The notes under the pieces were generated by a model. That model was not told the DNA's origin. It was given only the letters and a program-made list of their open reading frames with translations, and did not search any database. The translations under genes were made by a program, and so were the position numbers. Below are positions 1-11,588 of a DNA stretch of 64,000 nucleotides, piece by piece. Positions within the stretch are counted from its first letter, which is position 1; every line of letters begins with the position of its first letter. The DNA is from a plasmid: sequence record NZ_CP041325.1; one strand, 5' to 3'.

Positions 1-482
1 CAAAGACGAATTTCTCTCCATACTTCTCTTCAAAATAATCTCTCGCTTCTTCATGGCTTTTGAATATTGGCAATTCGGCTTCTTCCTGTCTATTAATCCC
101 CTGCATTTTCATCATTTTTTCACCCCTCAAAATTTGAGTTTATTTTATAAATTGATTCGAAGATACGGCCACTTCATTGAGCAGTTTTCCTGTTCTACTA
201 CTATTTTATCTCAATTGTTAAATCAAATCACTCTCAGATTGTAAGTGTGCAATTTTTCGCACTTACGAAAGAGGATACCGATTAACGCAGGTCTTCTCTC
301 TTTTGAATTCAACCAACTTCTGAGAAGCCTCATCTGTAAACTTAAAAAATAATTTAAATTTCAAAAAATCAGATATTTTAATTGCATTTCTCATAAATTC
401 GTCATATAGTTTCACAAAGGAAACATTCTATCTTAAAGGAAACTTGTTGAGGGTCTTCCAGACTGAAAAGGAGGAATGTATC

Positions 483-1765
483 ATGTTAGAGGTGAAAGCC
501 AAACCGGTGGAGTCCGAGTACAAATCGTTCGAGGAAATCACCGCTTACCGGAGGCAGCATCACAAAGTACTGGTTTTTCTTGGACCTGCTTTCATTGCCG
601 GCGTCGCTTACATCGATCCGGGGAATTTTGCCACGAACATCACGGCGGGTTCGAAATACGGCTATCTCTTGCTGTGGGTCGTACTGGTATCCAATTTAAT
701 GGCCATTCTTATTCAATCTTTATCAGCTAAACTAGGCATTGCTACCGGATTGAATCTTCCGGAAGTGTCGCGGGAAAATCTGCCCAAACCGGTATCTTTC
801 GGTCTATGGATTCAAGGCGAACTGGTCGTCATGGCAACTGATCTGGCCGAATTTATCGGAGCGGCTTTGGGGTTATATCTCTTGTTTGGCATTCCGTTGT
901 TTCCAGCAGCATTGATCGCTGCTGTCGGTTCTTTGCCATTCTGGAGTTGCAGCGAAGAGGGGTGCGCCAGCTGGAAGCCGGGATTGCGGGAATGGTACTG
1001 ATTGTGGTCCTCGCTTTTGGGCTGCAGATGGTTTTTGCGCAGCCGGAACCGTCTTCGATTTTCAAGGGGCTGTTCACACCTCAATTCCAAGGCGTGGATA
1101 GTGTCATGTTGGCCGCCGGTATCCTCGGGGCCACTGTTATGCCGCATGCTATCTACCTGCATTCCGCTCTAACGCAAAAACGCGTCATCGGGAAAACGGA
1201 AATCGAACGGAAACAGATTTTCCGCTATGAATTTTTTGATGTGTTGATTGCCATGATCATTGCAGGCGCAGTAAACGCCAGTATGCTGATTGTTGCGGCT
1301 TCCCTTTTCTTCGGCAATGGCCTGCTCGTTGAAGACTTGGATGTAGCTTTCACTCAATTTGGCGAGATCATCGGCCCGTTTTCCGCCATCTTGTTTGGGG
1401 TTGCCTTGCTGGCGTCCGGATTGGCGAGTTCTTCCGTTGGGACAAAAACCGGCGACATCATCATGCAGGGGTATATCAAACGCCGAATCCCGCTTTATGT
1501 GAGAAGAGCCATTACGATGATTCCGCCGCTGGCCATTATCGCGTTGGGCGTCAATCCGACAGCTGCGCTGGTGTTAAGCCAAGTCATCCTGTCTTTCGGC
1601 ATCCCGTTCGCCTTGGTTCCCCTGATCATTTTCACCAGTAACCGAAAAATCATGGGTAGCTTGGTGAACCATTGGCTAACAAAGTTCCTTGCTTGGGCCA
1701 TTGCCTCAGTCATCATTGTCTTGAATCTGTTCCTGCTGTACCAAACGCTCCAGGTGCTATTTTAA
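483..1765 (+). CDS. mntH: Nramp-family divalent metal (Mn2+/Fe2+) transporter MntH; one frameshift near 950-1000 splits it into ORFs 444..1001 and 947..1765
   Basis: Translation shows Nramp hallmarks (GPAFIAGVAYIDPGNFATNI..., MPHAIYLHS). RBS AAAGGAGG precedes ATG 483. The two ORFs are contiguous in adjacent frames. Confidence 0.8.
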
Positions 1766-1995
1766 GAAGAACTTCCGTTACTAGAAGCAAAAGAGTAATC
1801 CTTTGTCATCCTTTGTATGGGGAAGGAATTTTCATCAATATGCCATAAAGATGAATTGATTTTAAACAAACCTGTACTACAGTTAAACTTGGGTATGTCC
1901 TGTATCAGTTTGCAAAGCTTTTGCTGGTATCTCTTCTGATGCAGTTGCCTTGATGAATGTTTCAATAGTTCATCATGAAAAGAGGAGGTAACAAC

Positions 1996-2217
1996 ATGAC
2001 GGGGAAAGAAAAAACGACCAAAAGGATTGGTCTTCTACTATTGGGTTTCTCTTTTATAGCGGAGCCCTACTCATTTGGTCCATATACGATTTCATAGCAG
2101 CGGATCAGATTGGCTGGCAAATGCCCATTCTCTTTATTGGATTGGCACTTTTTCTCTGGTTGAAGGTATACAAGCATCAAAAGAGCGTGAAGGCGTCTCT
2201 GGCAGCCAGACATTAAA
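1996..2217 (+). CDS. small membrane protein (about 73 aa) with one internal frameshift
   Basis: RBS AGAGGAGG then ATG 1996. Hydrophobic translation MTGKEKTTKRIGLLLLGFSFIA.., continuing after a -1 shift as LLIWSIYDFIAADQIGWQMPILFIGLALFLWL. Followed by a terminator. Confidence 0.35.
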
Positions 2218-2232
2218 GAATATGGATTCAAT

Positions 2233-2272
2233 AAAAAGCGCTTCACACTCGAAAATGTGAAGCGCTTTTGCA
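2233..2272. terminator. bidirectional rho-independent terminator between convergent genes
   Basis: Stem AAGCGCTTCACA / TGTGAAGCGCTT with 9-nt loop, flanked by A-run and T-run. Confidence 0.55.
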
Positions 2273-2283
2273 TATTCTTATGA

Positions 2284-2820
2284 TTAAATAGGTTTGATCT
2301 GTTCCATGTAGCTTTGGATGTCTTCTTCCGACATTTCCCCGGTGATGATCTTTTCGATGTTGCCTTCTGCATTCACCAGAAGTGTCGTCGGCAGCGGGAT
2401 GATGTTATAAGCTTCCATGACACTCTTGTTCTTATCAATGACAATCGGGAACGTCAAATCACGCTGTTCGGCATATTGCTTCACTTCAAAATCCGATTGC
2501 GCGATGTTGACGGCCAAAATCTGGACCCCCTGGTCCTTGTAGACCTGGTACTGCCTTTCCATCAGCGGAAATTCCTTTTCGCACGGTTTGCACCACGTTC
2601 CCCAGAAATTGACGAATACCCCCTGCCCTTTATAGTCAGACAGCTGATGCTCTTCCCCGTTCAAATCCGTCAACTTAAAATCCGGTGCCGGATCTCCCAC
2701 CTGGAGCACTTCCCGGTTCTCTTTGGTGGCATTGTTGTAGAGTGTAAACCCGATTGCCCCGGCGAGAACCAGCAAGATGGCGGTTCTCATGAAAAAGCGG
2801 TTCTTCTTCTTTGTCGCCAA
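2284..2820 (-). CDS. resA: TlpA/ResA-like membrane-anchored thiol-disulfide oxidoreductase (thioredoxin fold, WCKPC active site)
   Basis: N-terminal TM anchor, WCKPCEKEFP motif, thioredoxin-like length; lies next to ccdA. Confidence 0.75.
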   Translation of the reverse strand: MATKKKNRFFMRTAILLVLAGAIGFTLYNNATKENREVLQVGDPAPDFKLTDLNGEEHQLSDYKGQGVFVNFWGTWCKPCEKEFPLMERQYQVYKDQGVQILAVNIAQSDFEVKQYAEQRDLTFPIVIDKNKSVMEAYNIIPLPTTLLVNAEGNIEKIITGEMSEEDIQSYMEQIKPI

Positions 2821-2923
2821 GCCACATTCCTCCCTTTCTTTTCATCTATTCCCTCTGTACGGTCAGAATCCTGTGAATCCGCCCGTGAACTGCGACAGGT
2901 ATGCGATGACATTCGTCATCATA

Positions 2924-3573
2924 TCAAAATACAGCATGACGCCCATGAGGACCATCAAGCCCCCGCCAATCGACATGAACTGGGCACTCCGTTTTTTTCA
3001 GGAAGGTCATCTTCTCGATGAAGAACGACATCAAGAGGAACGGAATCGCAAAGCCCAAAACATAAAACAGCATATACAAGAGCCCTCGGCTCGGATCGGC
3101 GATGCCCATCGCCATGACCGCAGCGAGGATAGGGCCGGTGCACGGCGTCCATCCGGCGGCGAAACCCAGTCCGATTACCACGGAGCCCGTATAGCCCGAA
3201 GGCCGCTTCTGAAAATGGACTTTCTTATCCGAAAGCAGGAAATCGAATTTCAGGACGCCGGTCAGCACCAAGCCGAAAAACACCATCAAGATGGCGCCCA
3301 GCTGGCGCAGCAGGTCGGCGTTCTCAAAAAAGAAAAGCACCGATAAACGAAGTTGATAAGCCAAGCGCCAGAAAAATGATGGAAAATCCGAATAAAAACA
3401 GCACGGTATGAATCAGCGCACTCTTTTTTCATCGCGCCTTTCCCCGTTTTCAGCTCATTGACCGAGACACCTGTGATGTAGGACAAAAAAGCCGGATACA
3501 GTGGAAGCGCGCAAGGCGACAGGAACGATAACAGCCCGGCGCCGAACGCCAGCACTAAACTTACTTCTGCCAT
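2924..3573 (-). CDS. ccdA: cytochrome c-type biogenesis protein CcdA (DsbD-family), broken by at least two frameshifts
   Basis: N-terminal [35 protein letters not shown]. Later [15 protein letters not shown] (second conserved Cys). Homopolymer runs at about 3420 and about 2990 shift the frame. Confidence 0.7.
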
Positions 3574-3636
3574 AGAAAGAACTCCTTTTGAATGACGCTC
3601 ATTTATTTACGTCATCCTATTGTAGAATACGGTATA

Positions 3637-4077
3637 TTAATTGTTTTTTTTCTTCACAATCAACAGCACCATCGCAATCGTAATCATCAGAAAAGCAATG
3701 AGCGCAAGGAACGGAATGGTGATGAACCCCAGCCAGTTGATGTACTCCGCGCTGCAGGGAACCCCACTCACACAGGGACGGATGCCGCCGAATCCTGGAA
3801 TTTTCTGTTCCATGTAGTGCATGGCCGAGATGCTGCCGCCGATAAGGGTCAACGGCAGGACGTAACGGGCAATCTTCCAATCGTTCTGGAATGTTGCGAT
3901 CCCTAAAATCACTACGAGGGGATACATGAAGATTCGTTGGAACCAGCACAGGTCACATGGAATGAAGCCTTTGATTTCACTGAAGTACAGGCTGCCGAGC
4001 GTTGCCAATAATGAAACGAACCAGGCTCCATAAAGCCAAAAACCACTCTTGTCAGATTGCTTGTGGGTCTCTTCCAT
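3637..4077 (-). CDS. bdbC: disulfide bond formation protein B (BdbC/DsbB family)
   Basis: Four-TM protein with the CDLCWFQR and PCVSGVPC cysteine pairs typical of Bacillus BdbC. Confidence 0.8.
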   Translation of the reverse strand: MEETHKQSDKSGFWLYGAWFVSLLATLGSLYFSEIKGFIPCDLCWFQRIFMYPLVVILGIATFQNDWKIARYVLPLTLIGGSISAMHYMEQKIPGFGGIRPCVSGVPCSAEYINWLGFITIPFLALIAFLMITIAMVLLIVKKKNN

Positions 4078-4760
4078 CAGTTTGCCTCCGCTAATGCTTC
4101 ATCGATGAGCGCTTTGATGGCGTCGTAATCAAACGGATCTTCCAGAGTCTGGCCATTGACGACGATTGTTGGCGTCATCGACACGTCGTGCTCCTCTACC
4201 AACGCCTTGTCCGCTTCCACTTTATCCATCGTCTCTTGCTTTTCCATGTCCGCTTTCAGCTTTTCTGGATCAATGGCTGGGAATTGAGAAGCCACTTCCA
4301 AGGTTTTTTCCGGCGTCAGCCAAGCCCCATCGTGATTTTCAGTCGGCTGTTCCGCAAATAAGGCTTTGTGGAAATCCCAGTAGGATTCCGGGTTTTGTTC
4401 ATAGACCGCTTCGGCTGCCAATGAGCCCACAACCGATTCATTGCCGTGGAACAGGACATTGATATAGGCGAATTTCACATCGCCCGTGTCGACATAGTCT
4501 GCCACCAGCTGCGGGTACACCATTTCTCCCCACGCTTTACAAGAAGGGCACTTGAAGTCCCCGAATTCCACGATTGTGACTGGTGCATCGCTTTCGCCAA
4601 GCGTCGGTTGGCCCGTGATGTCCACTTTTGCGGTTTCCACGGACGAGGCACTTTGCTGGTTCGTCAAGACCACGATGGCTGCGAGAACCGCGACTGCTGC
4701 CAATGTCAGGATTACCGCTAGCTTCATCCCCGATTGTTTCTTCTTATTTTTCTGATTCAT
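4077..4760 (-). CDS. bdbD: DsbA-like thiol-disulfide oxidoreductase BdbD (CPSC active site)
   Basis: Signal/TM anchor, FKCPSCK motif, thioredoxin/DsbA fold length. Translationally coupled to bdbC. Confidence 0.8.
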   Translation of the reverse strand: MNQKNKKKQSGMKLAVILTLAAVAVLAAIVVLTNQQSASSVETAKVDITGQPTLGESDAPVTIVEFGDFKCPSCKAWGEMVYPQLVADYVDTGDVKFAYINVLFHGNESVVGSLAAEAVYEQNPESYWDFHKALFAEQPTENHDGAWLTPEKTLEVASQFPAIDPEKLKADMEKQETMDKVEADKALVEEHDVSMTPTIVVNGQTLEDPFDYDAIKALIDEALAEAN

Positions 4761-4791
4761 AAAATCCCTCTTTTCTATGGTGATCTATTGA

Positions 4792-5883
4792 TTAAATGCT
4801 TGTCATCAATCCCAAGTACATCGCTAAGACACAACATAAACTCATGACTAGCGAAACGCGTGCCGGCATCTTTTGCTTGAAGCAATACACAACCAGGAAG
4901 CCGAACACGGCTGCCACGAGTAAAAATAACATACTTAACAGATTAAACCCGAACTGCAAGGTCATGGCCGAATCGATACTTCCGGAATAGAAATAATCGA
5001 AGATTTTCGAGGGGCCACTGCTCCGTAAATAGGTCTCAATGGAATGGGGCGGCTCCTGCTGCCCCAAAACCCCCGTCGCAATGAAAATCAGCAGCAAGAT
5101 AACACTTTCCGCCTTTGCCCAAGGCAGCGGGTTGATGTTGCTGCCGCGCTGCAGTTTCCGTCGGATCCAAACCCCGTTGATGAGAGCAAAGAGCAGAACC
5201 GGCAGAACCATTAAATGCTTCAGCAACAACGCTTGCCCATAAGGCATCATCCACGTTTCCTGATATTCCGTCAGTTCGACGGCCAGGGTCATGATGAAGA
5301 GGCCGGAAACGATCACCACCGCCAAACAGCTCAGGGCTACTGGCGTGTACCACTTCAAGAAGGGCAGCCAGTTCTGCTGGGACGTGGAAAACCAGCTGAC
5401 GACCAGCAACAGGCCGACCCAGACCGTGACAGCCGCAAAATGAAGGGTATGGAAAACCAGCCCGCTCCAATCGGTCAGAGAAGCGGAATGGCTCGCCCAG
5501 CCTAAGGCGACCAGCAGAACTGCCGTGAATGCCAGAGCTGCCGCAATGAAGGCCTTTCGCTCCAATACAGGAATTACAGAAACAAATAGATAGAAAAAGA
5601 GCGATACGATAATGGTCAATGTCCAGGCTTTCCCTACTGCAAATTCTCCGATCACGTTCCGAATCGTCAGCAGCAACCCAATGTCTTCATATAAAAACAG
5701 GATCACGCGAACTACGGGTGCAGCAGACAACAGGACGATCCCCAGAATCGACACCTGCAGCACCCGTTTGGATAGCTTCAGCGGCGGCTTCAGATGAGGC
5801 GGAACCAAATGGATGAGCAACGTTCCGATTAGTAGTGAAAAACAAAGATAAAGCAACGCTTCCGTTACGTATACCGCAATCAT
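4792..5883 (-). CDS. copD: copper resistance protein CopD-family integral membrane protein
   Basis: 363-aa polytopic membrane protein immediately downstream of copC, translationally coupled by an ATGA overlap at 5883/5884. Corresponds to the YcnJ C-terminal region, present here as a separate gene. Confidence 0.7.
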   Translation of the reverse strand: MIAVYVTEALLYLCFSLLIGTLLIHLVPPHLKPPLKLSKRVLQVSILGIVLLSAAPVVRVILFLYEDIGLLLTIRNVIGEFAVGKAWTLTIIVSLFFYLFVSVIPVLERKAFIAAALAFTAVLLVALGWASHSASLTDWSGLVFHTLHFAAVTVWVGLLLVVSWFSTSQQNWLPFLKWYTPVALSCLAVVIVSGLFIMTLAVELTEYQETWMMPYGQALLLKHLMVLPVLLFALINGVWIRRKLQRGSNINPLPWAKAESVILLLIFIATGVLGQQEPPHSIETYLRSSGPSKIFDYFYSGSIDSAMTLQFGFNLLSMLFLLVAAVFGFLVVYCFKQKMPARVSLVMSLCCVLAMYLGLMTSI

Positions 5884-6414
5884 CTAGTTCGCCCTTCTCT
5901 TCGCCGTCCAGATTAAAGTACCGGCCGCCACCACGATTAGTGCCATGAGTACCAGCACTAAGGTGTATGAGGATCCCGCTTCTTCTTCTGGTTCTGCCTG
6001 CACTTCCTGCACTGTCTGTGTCGGCTCTTCTGTCACTTTTGGAACATCCGGCACTGCTGTTTCCGCTCCCGTTTTTAAAGTGAACGCATAGGCGCCTTCA
6101 ATGGGATGGCCATCTGCCCCGATAATATTCCAGTTGACTGTGTATTCTCCATCTGCCATTGCAGCCCCGAGCGTCCCAACCATTGTGTCGTTCTCGACTG
6201 AGACTCCGAGTGGAATTTCCACTCCCTCAGCATCTTTTACGGTGAAGGAGCTGGCTTTCTCTAACTCGGTATTGAATGCCAGCACCATTTCCTGCAGCTC
6301 TTCGGTCACAACCTCCCCTTCAGCGGGTGTGCTGCTTTCGAGTCCAGTATGAGCAAAAGCGCTTGGTCCAGACAGAAAGAAGACCAATAACGTCAATGCG
6401 ATAATCTTTTTCAT
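5884..6414 (-). CDS. copC: CopC-family periplasmic/extracytoplasmic copper-binding protein
   Basis: Signal peptide, then the mature N-terminus HTGLESSTPA (the His-first Cu site typical of CopC). Size and cupredoxin-like beta-rich sequence. C-terminal TM anchor. Confidence 0.75.
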   Translation of the reverse strand: MKKIIALTLLVFFLSGPSAFAHTGLESSTPAEGEVVTEELQEMVLAFNTELEKASSFTVKDAEGVEIPLGVSVENDTMVGTLGAAMADGEYTVNWNIIGADGHPIEGAYAFTLKTGAETAVPDVPKVTEEPTQTVQEVQAEPEEEAGSSYTLVLVLMALIVVAAGTLIWTAKRRAN

Positions 6415-6542
6415 GATTTTGCCTCCTTATGCTTAGAAGAAAAGATGTACTATTTAAGTTCGAAGGAGCCTTTCGGTTGTTCACTCCCTGTTCATTCTAA
6501 CAAGCAAGCTCAAACATTAAAACAACCATTTGAATATATAAT

Positions 6543-6594
6543 TGACAATTCAGCGAAAAATTTATACACTTACATTAATCAAACGTTCGTTTGA
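6543..6594 (+). promoter_or_regulatory. sigmaA-type promoter (TTGACA-16-TACACT) followed by an ArsR/CadC-type operator TCAAACG-TT-CGTTTGA
   Basis: -35 at 6543-6548, -10 at 6565-6570, perfect 7-bp inverted repeat at 6579-6594. Matches the TCAAA-N6-TTTGA core of the pI258 cad operator. Confidence 0.55.
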
Positions 6595-6650
6595 ATGTTT
6601 AATTATCAGACGGCTAATAGATAGTGCTGGTATCCACAAAGGAGTTGGTG

Positions 6651-7268
6651 ATGCTGATAGCCACGATTTTCACAGCGGTTGTCGCTTATGTTGCGACAAG
6701 CATTGATTACGTCATTATTTTGCTGATCCTTTTTTCGCAGACGTTGAAAAAAGGCCAATTAAGATCCATTGTCATTGGACAATATTTAGGAACTACCATC
6801 TTAGTGGGCGTCAGTCTGTTGGCTGCCTACGGCCTGACACTTGTCCCTCCTCATTGGGTCGGCTTGCTGGGCCTCATTCCCATCTACCTGGGCATCCGGG
6901 TCTGGAAACGAGAAGAAGAAGAGGAAGACGAAGAGAATCTTTTGTCCCGCTTGTCTTCAGGAAAGCCGAACCGTTTGTTTATCACCGTGACAGTCATTAC
7001 CTTGGCAGCTGGCGGCGATAACATCGGCGTGTACATACCGTATTTCTCAACCCTGAATCCAAGTGAGACCGTCGTGATGCTGGTCGTCTTCACCATTTTG
7101 GTCGCTGTCTTGTGTTACCTCAGTTACCGTTTGGCATCCATTAAAACAATCTCGGAAACGATCGAGAAATGGGAGCATTGGATTGTCCCCATTGTCTTTA
7201 TTGGACTCGGCATCTTGATTATGATGGAGAACGGAACCTTCCGTTTCCTTTGGGAATTGGTGAGTTAA
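6651..7268 (+). CDS. cadD: CadD-family cadmium resistance transporter
   Basis: CadD-like membrane protein (LIATIFTAVVAYVATSIDYVIILLILF...). RBS AAAGGAG 7 nt upstream of ATG 6651. Confidence 0.8.
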   Translation: MLIATIFTAVVAYVATSIDYVIILLILFSQTLKKGQLRSIVIGQYLGTTILVGVSLLAAYGLTLVPPHWVGLLGLIPIYLGIRVWKREEEEEDEENLLSRLSSGKPNRLFITVTVITLAAGGDNIGVYIPYFSTLNPSETVVMLVVFTILVAVLCYLSYRLASIKTISETIEKWEHWIVPIVFIGLGILIMMENGTFRFLWELVS

Positions 7269-7344
7269 GGTAATTTCCAAAGCTTTGAATGACTAGAGGA
7301 AAGTGAACTGCTGGAAGAACGAAACGAAAAAGGAGTGAAAGAAA

Positions 7345-7710
7345 TTGGCAAAAGATATTTGTGATGTGGTCTGTATAGATGAAGAAAAGGTGGAACGAGT
7401 CCAGCAACAATTGGCGGAACAGAATCCATTGGAAGTGGCGAAAATCTTCAAGGCGTTGTCGGATGATACGCGTATCAAGATTGCCTATGCCTTATCGCTG
7501 GAAGACAAACTTTGTGTGTGCGACGTGGCGAATATCATCGGCTCTTCCACCGCAACCGCCTCCTACCACCTGCGCTTGTTGAAGAATATGGGACTCGCGA
7601 AATACCGCAAGGAAGGCAAATTGGTCTACTACTCGCTGGATGACGCACATGTAAAGCACTTGGTGCAAGTGGCCTTCCTTCAACAGAAAGAGGGTGTCAC
7701 GGTTGGTTGA
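7345..7710 (+). CDS. cadC: ArsR/SmtB-family metal-sensing repressor (CadC-like)
   Basis: Metal-sensing Cys pair (CDVVCIDEE) at the N-terminus, [27 protein letters not shown] (alpha3/alpha5 sites). TTG start with RBS AAAAAGGAG. Sits upstream of cadA. Confidence 0.75.
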   Translation: MAKDICDVVCIDEEKVERVQQQLAEQNPLEVAKIFKALSDDTRIKIAYALSLEDKLCVCDVANIIGSSTATASYHLRLLKNMGLAKYRKEGKLVYYSLDDAHVKHLVQVAFLQQKEGVTVG

Positions 7711-10143
7711 AAAAACAAAGGAAACCGAAGACAAAACCGTTTACCGGGTTGAAGGCTTCTCGTGTGCGAACTGCGCGGGGAAATTCGAAAAGAACGTCAA
7801 GCAGATTCCTGGAGTCCAGGATGCGAAAGTGAACTTCGGAGCTTCCAAAATTGCGGTTTACGGCGCAGCGACGGTCGAGGAATTGGAAAAAGCCGGTGCC
7901 TTTGAGAACTTGAAAGTGGCACCGGAAAAACCGAAACGCCAACCGGTTCCCGAAATGAAGGTGGCAGTCGAAGACAAAAGTGTTTACCGGGTCGAGGGCT
8001 TTTCGTGCGCGAACTGCGCCGGGAAATTCGAGAAGAATGTGAAGCAGATTCCGGGCGTCCAGGATGCCAAAGTGAATTTCGGTGCATCTAAAATTTCTGT
8101 TTACGGAGCAGCGACCATCGATGAACTGGAGAAAGCCGGTGCCTTTGAAAACCTGAAGGTGGCGCCTGAAATCACCGGACGTCCAGCTATCCCGAATACC
8201 GGAACCGAAAAAGCGCCAGAACGAACAGAGAAGAAAGTGCCGTTCTACCAAAAGCATAGTGTCCTGCTCTACTCCGCCCTGCTGATCGTCTTCGGGTACG
8301 TTTCCCAATCGGTGAACGGAGAAGAAAACTTACTGACGTCCCTCCTGTTTGTGGCAGCCATTGCCATTGGCGGGTACTCGCTCTTCAAGGTCGGGTTGCA
8401 GAACTTGGTACGTCTGGATTTCGACATGAAGACCCTCATGACCGTCGCGGTCATCGGGGCAGCCTTTATCGGCGAATGGGCGGAAGCGTCCATCGTGGTC
8501 ATCCTCTTTGCGATCAGTGAAGCACTGGAACGCTATTCGATGGACCGGGCCCGGCAATCCATCCGTTCGTTGATGGACATTGCGCCGAAAGAGGCACTGG
8601 TCCGGCGGAATGGCCAGGAACTTCTAATCTCGGTGGACGACATTGTGGTGGGCGACACCATGATTGTCAGACCCGGCCAGAAGATTGCAATGGATGGCAC
8701 GGTGACTAACGGCTATTCGGCGGTCAATCAGGCAGCAATTACCGGTGAATCCGTGCCGGTTGCCAAGACCGTGAACGATGACGTCTTCGCCGGCACGCTG
8801 AACGAAGAAGGCTTGCTGGAAGTCCAAATCACCAAACTGGTCGAAGACACGACCATCGCAAAAATCATTCATCTGGTCGAGGGAAGCGCAGGGCGAACGC
8901 GCCCCATCACAGGCATTTGTCGACAAGTTCGCGAAATACTACACACCGATCATCATGGCAGTAGCTGCACTCGTGGCCATTGTTCCGCCTCTTCTGTTTG
9001 ATGCCAGCTGGGAAACCTGGGTTTATCAAGGATTAGCTGTTTTAGTGGTAGGTTGTCCGTGTGCGTTGGTTATTTCGACACCGATTTCAATCGTATCGGC
9101 CATCGGGAACGCAGCGAAAAAAGGCGTGCTAATCAAAGGCGGCGTCTACTTGGAGGAAATGGGTGCACTGAAGGCCATCGCGTTTGATAAGACCGGTACC
9201 CTGACTAAAGGAGTTCCGGTTGTAACGGATTTTGAAGTTATAAACAAACAAATAAACGAAAAAGAGCTGCTTTCCATCGTGACAGCGCTGGAGTACCGCT
9301 CGCAGCATCCCCTTGCCTCCGCCATCATGAAAAAAAGCGGACGAGGAAAATATCCCTTATACCTCTGTCTTAGTCGAAGAGTTCTCTTCCATCACCGGCA
9401 AAGGAATTAAAGGAACTGTCGAAGGAATTACGTACTACATCGGCAGCCCGACCCTCTTTACCGAGTTGGGCGCCGCAAGTACGGATAAGAACTTGGAACA
9501 AAATGTCACAGCTCTTCAAAATCAGGGCAAGACGGCCATGATCATCGGAACGGAACAAAACATCCTGGCGGTCATCGCCGTGGCCGATGAAGTCCGGGAC
9601 TCCAGCAAGGAAGTCATCCAGAAGCTGCACGACATGGGCATCAAGAAGACGATCATGCTGACGGGCGACAACAAAGCGACCGGTCAGGCCATCGGCCGAA
9701 AGGTCGGTGTCACGGAAATCCAGGCCGAGCTGATGCCGGAAGACAAATTGAATGTCATCAAACGCTTACGGGCCGAGTACGGCAAGGTGGCGATGATTGG
9801 AGACGGCGTGAACGACGCGCCGGCACTCGCCGCTTCTACCGTCGGGATTGCCATGGGCGGTGCTGGAACCGATACGGCTTTGGAAACGGCAGATGTCGCT
9901 TTGATGGGCGACGATTTGAGCAAGCTGCCATTCACGGTGAAACTCAGCCGGAAATCCCTGAATATCATCAAAGCGAACATTACGTTCGCCATCGGCATCA
10001 AAGTGATTGCGCTGCTGTTGGTCATTCCGGGCTGGCTGACCCTGTGGATCGCCATCATGTCGGATATGGGTGCTACTCTCCTGGTCGCCCTCAACAGTTT
10101 ACGGCTGATGCGCGTAAAGAATAAAGAAACAGCGTGCACCTGA
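7694..10143 (+). CDS. cadA: Cd2+/Zn2+-exporting P1B-type ATPase CadA with two N-terminal HMA domains; at least two frameshifts (about 8885 and about 9340)
   Basis: Two [15 protein letters not shown] repeats, CPC motif ([13 protein letters not shown]), DKTGTLT phosphorylation site, [10 protein letters not shown] hinge. Three consecutive ORFs in shifting frames are contiguous. Confidence 0.85.
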
Positions 10144-10171
10144 AAAGATGCACGCTGTTTTTGCATTTCTA

Positions 10172-11588
10172 TTAGAAGAAATTCATCGGGTTTACGGCGT
10201 TTGAACGAGCTCCGTTCCACGAGCCGATGTGTACTTCAAAGTGAAGGTGAGGCCCGGTCGAACGGCCTGTACTGCCGACCAGTCCAACCGTTTGACCTTG
10301 TGAAATTGCTTGGCCAGCTGAGACTTTAATGGCACTCATATGAGCGTAAACTGTCGCATAGGATTGACCATTGATGGAATGCGTCAAGATGACGACATTT
10401 CCGTAGCCGCCCATTGCTCCTGCATAAGAAACATAACCAGAGGCTGCTGCAGAAATTGGCGTGCCGGTTACATTGGCAATATCTTGGCCAAGATGCGATT
10501 CTGCCCCTGCTCCAATATCACGTCCACCAAATCCAGATGAATAACGACCAGATACGGGACGGATAAACATCGCGTTTGATGAAGGCGCCGCTACAGCTTC
10601 TTTCGGAGCACTTACAGCTGCACGTTCAACTTTTGGCGTGCTCACAGATTCTGCCTTAGCAGAAGAAGCCTTGGCACTTCTGGCAGCTTCCGCTTCACGG
10701 GCTGCTTGAGCGCGCGCTTCTTCTCTTGCTGCTGCTTCTGCCCGCGCTTCTGCGGCAGCTTTCTCAGCGGCTAGTTTCCGTTGACGTTCTTCTTCCGCTT
10801 TTCTCGCAATTTCAGCCAAGCGGGCCTGTTCGTTGGCGATTTGTTGCTCCAAATCCGCACTAATTTCGATGACTTCGTTGCGTTGATTTTCCAAGCTGCC
10901 TTTTTCTGCCGCTAAGCGTTGCTGTTCCGCTTCCAGATTCTGAACCAATCCAGCCTGTTCTTTCTTCTGACCATCTAAGGAAGCTTTTAACCCGACAAGT
11001 TCCGAACGACGTGATTCCTGTTCGGCCAGTTTGGTTTCCACTTGCGCTTTTTGCTCGGCCAATAATTCTTTGTCGGCCGCCTGGTCGCGCATGATTTCCC
11101 GGTCTGCTTCAATCAATGTATTGACAGCCGAGAACCGGTCAATGAAATCGATAAAGCTATTGGCTCCAAGCAAGACGTCAACGTAATCCACGGAACCGCC
11201 ACTTAACTGAATGGCACGCGCACGTTCTTCCAAGAGATCTTCACGTTCGGCAATTTTTCGTTCCAGTTCTTCAATCGATTTTTCTCAATTCATCGATTTC
11301 GACTTTTGTCTGATCGATTTGAGCTTGAACATTGTTGATTTTGGCTTGGGTATCATTGATTTGGGTATTCAGATCCGCTATTTTCGCCGCCAGCTGTTCC
11401 AGCTTGGAAGCGTTTTGATTGATCTGCCCAGCTTTTTCATTGATGCCGGAATTCAATTCACTTTGCTGCTGTTGTGCTTCTTGCTGTTTTTGTTCCAATT
11501 CGCTTAATTTATCCGCATTCGCTGTTGGCACTAAAATTGACAAGGCCAAGACAGTGGATAAACCGGTTACCATCCATTTCGAAATCAA
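10172..11588 (-). CDS. secreted coiled-coil peptidoglycan DD-endopeptidase (M23/LytM family); one frameshift near 11240-11280
   Basis: Signal peptide, then a long Q/A/E-rich coiled coil, then a C-terminal M23 domain (HLGQDI..., GNVVILTH, HLHFEVH). Confidence 0.75.

Noticed and set aside
53-244. 63-aa ORF at the window start
   Set aside because: No RBS and low-complexity translation. It is probably the 5' untranslated/promoter region of mntH. A Mn-responsive MntR box was looked for but could not be identified confidently by eye.
7697-8308. 203-aa minus-strand ORF overlapping cadA
   Set aside because: It lies entirely antisense within the well-supported cadA HMA-domain coding region and has no RBS. 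It is the typical spurious antisense ORF of a GC-rich gene. The same applies to 18716..19375, 19618..20280 (antisense to arsA), 25642..26136 and 26016..26498 (antisense to merA), 5036..5470 (antisense to copD), 16087..16482, 2314..3021 and 2777..3346.
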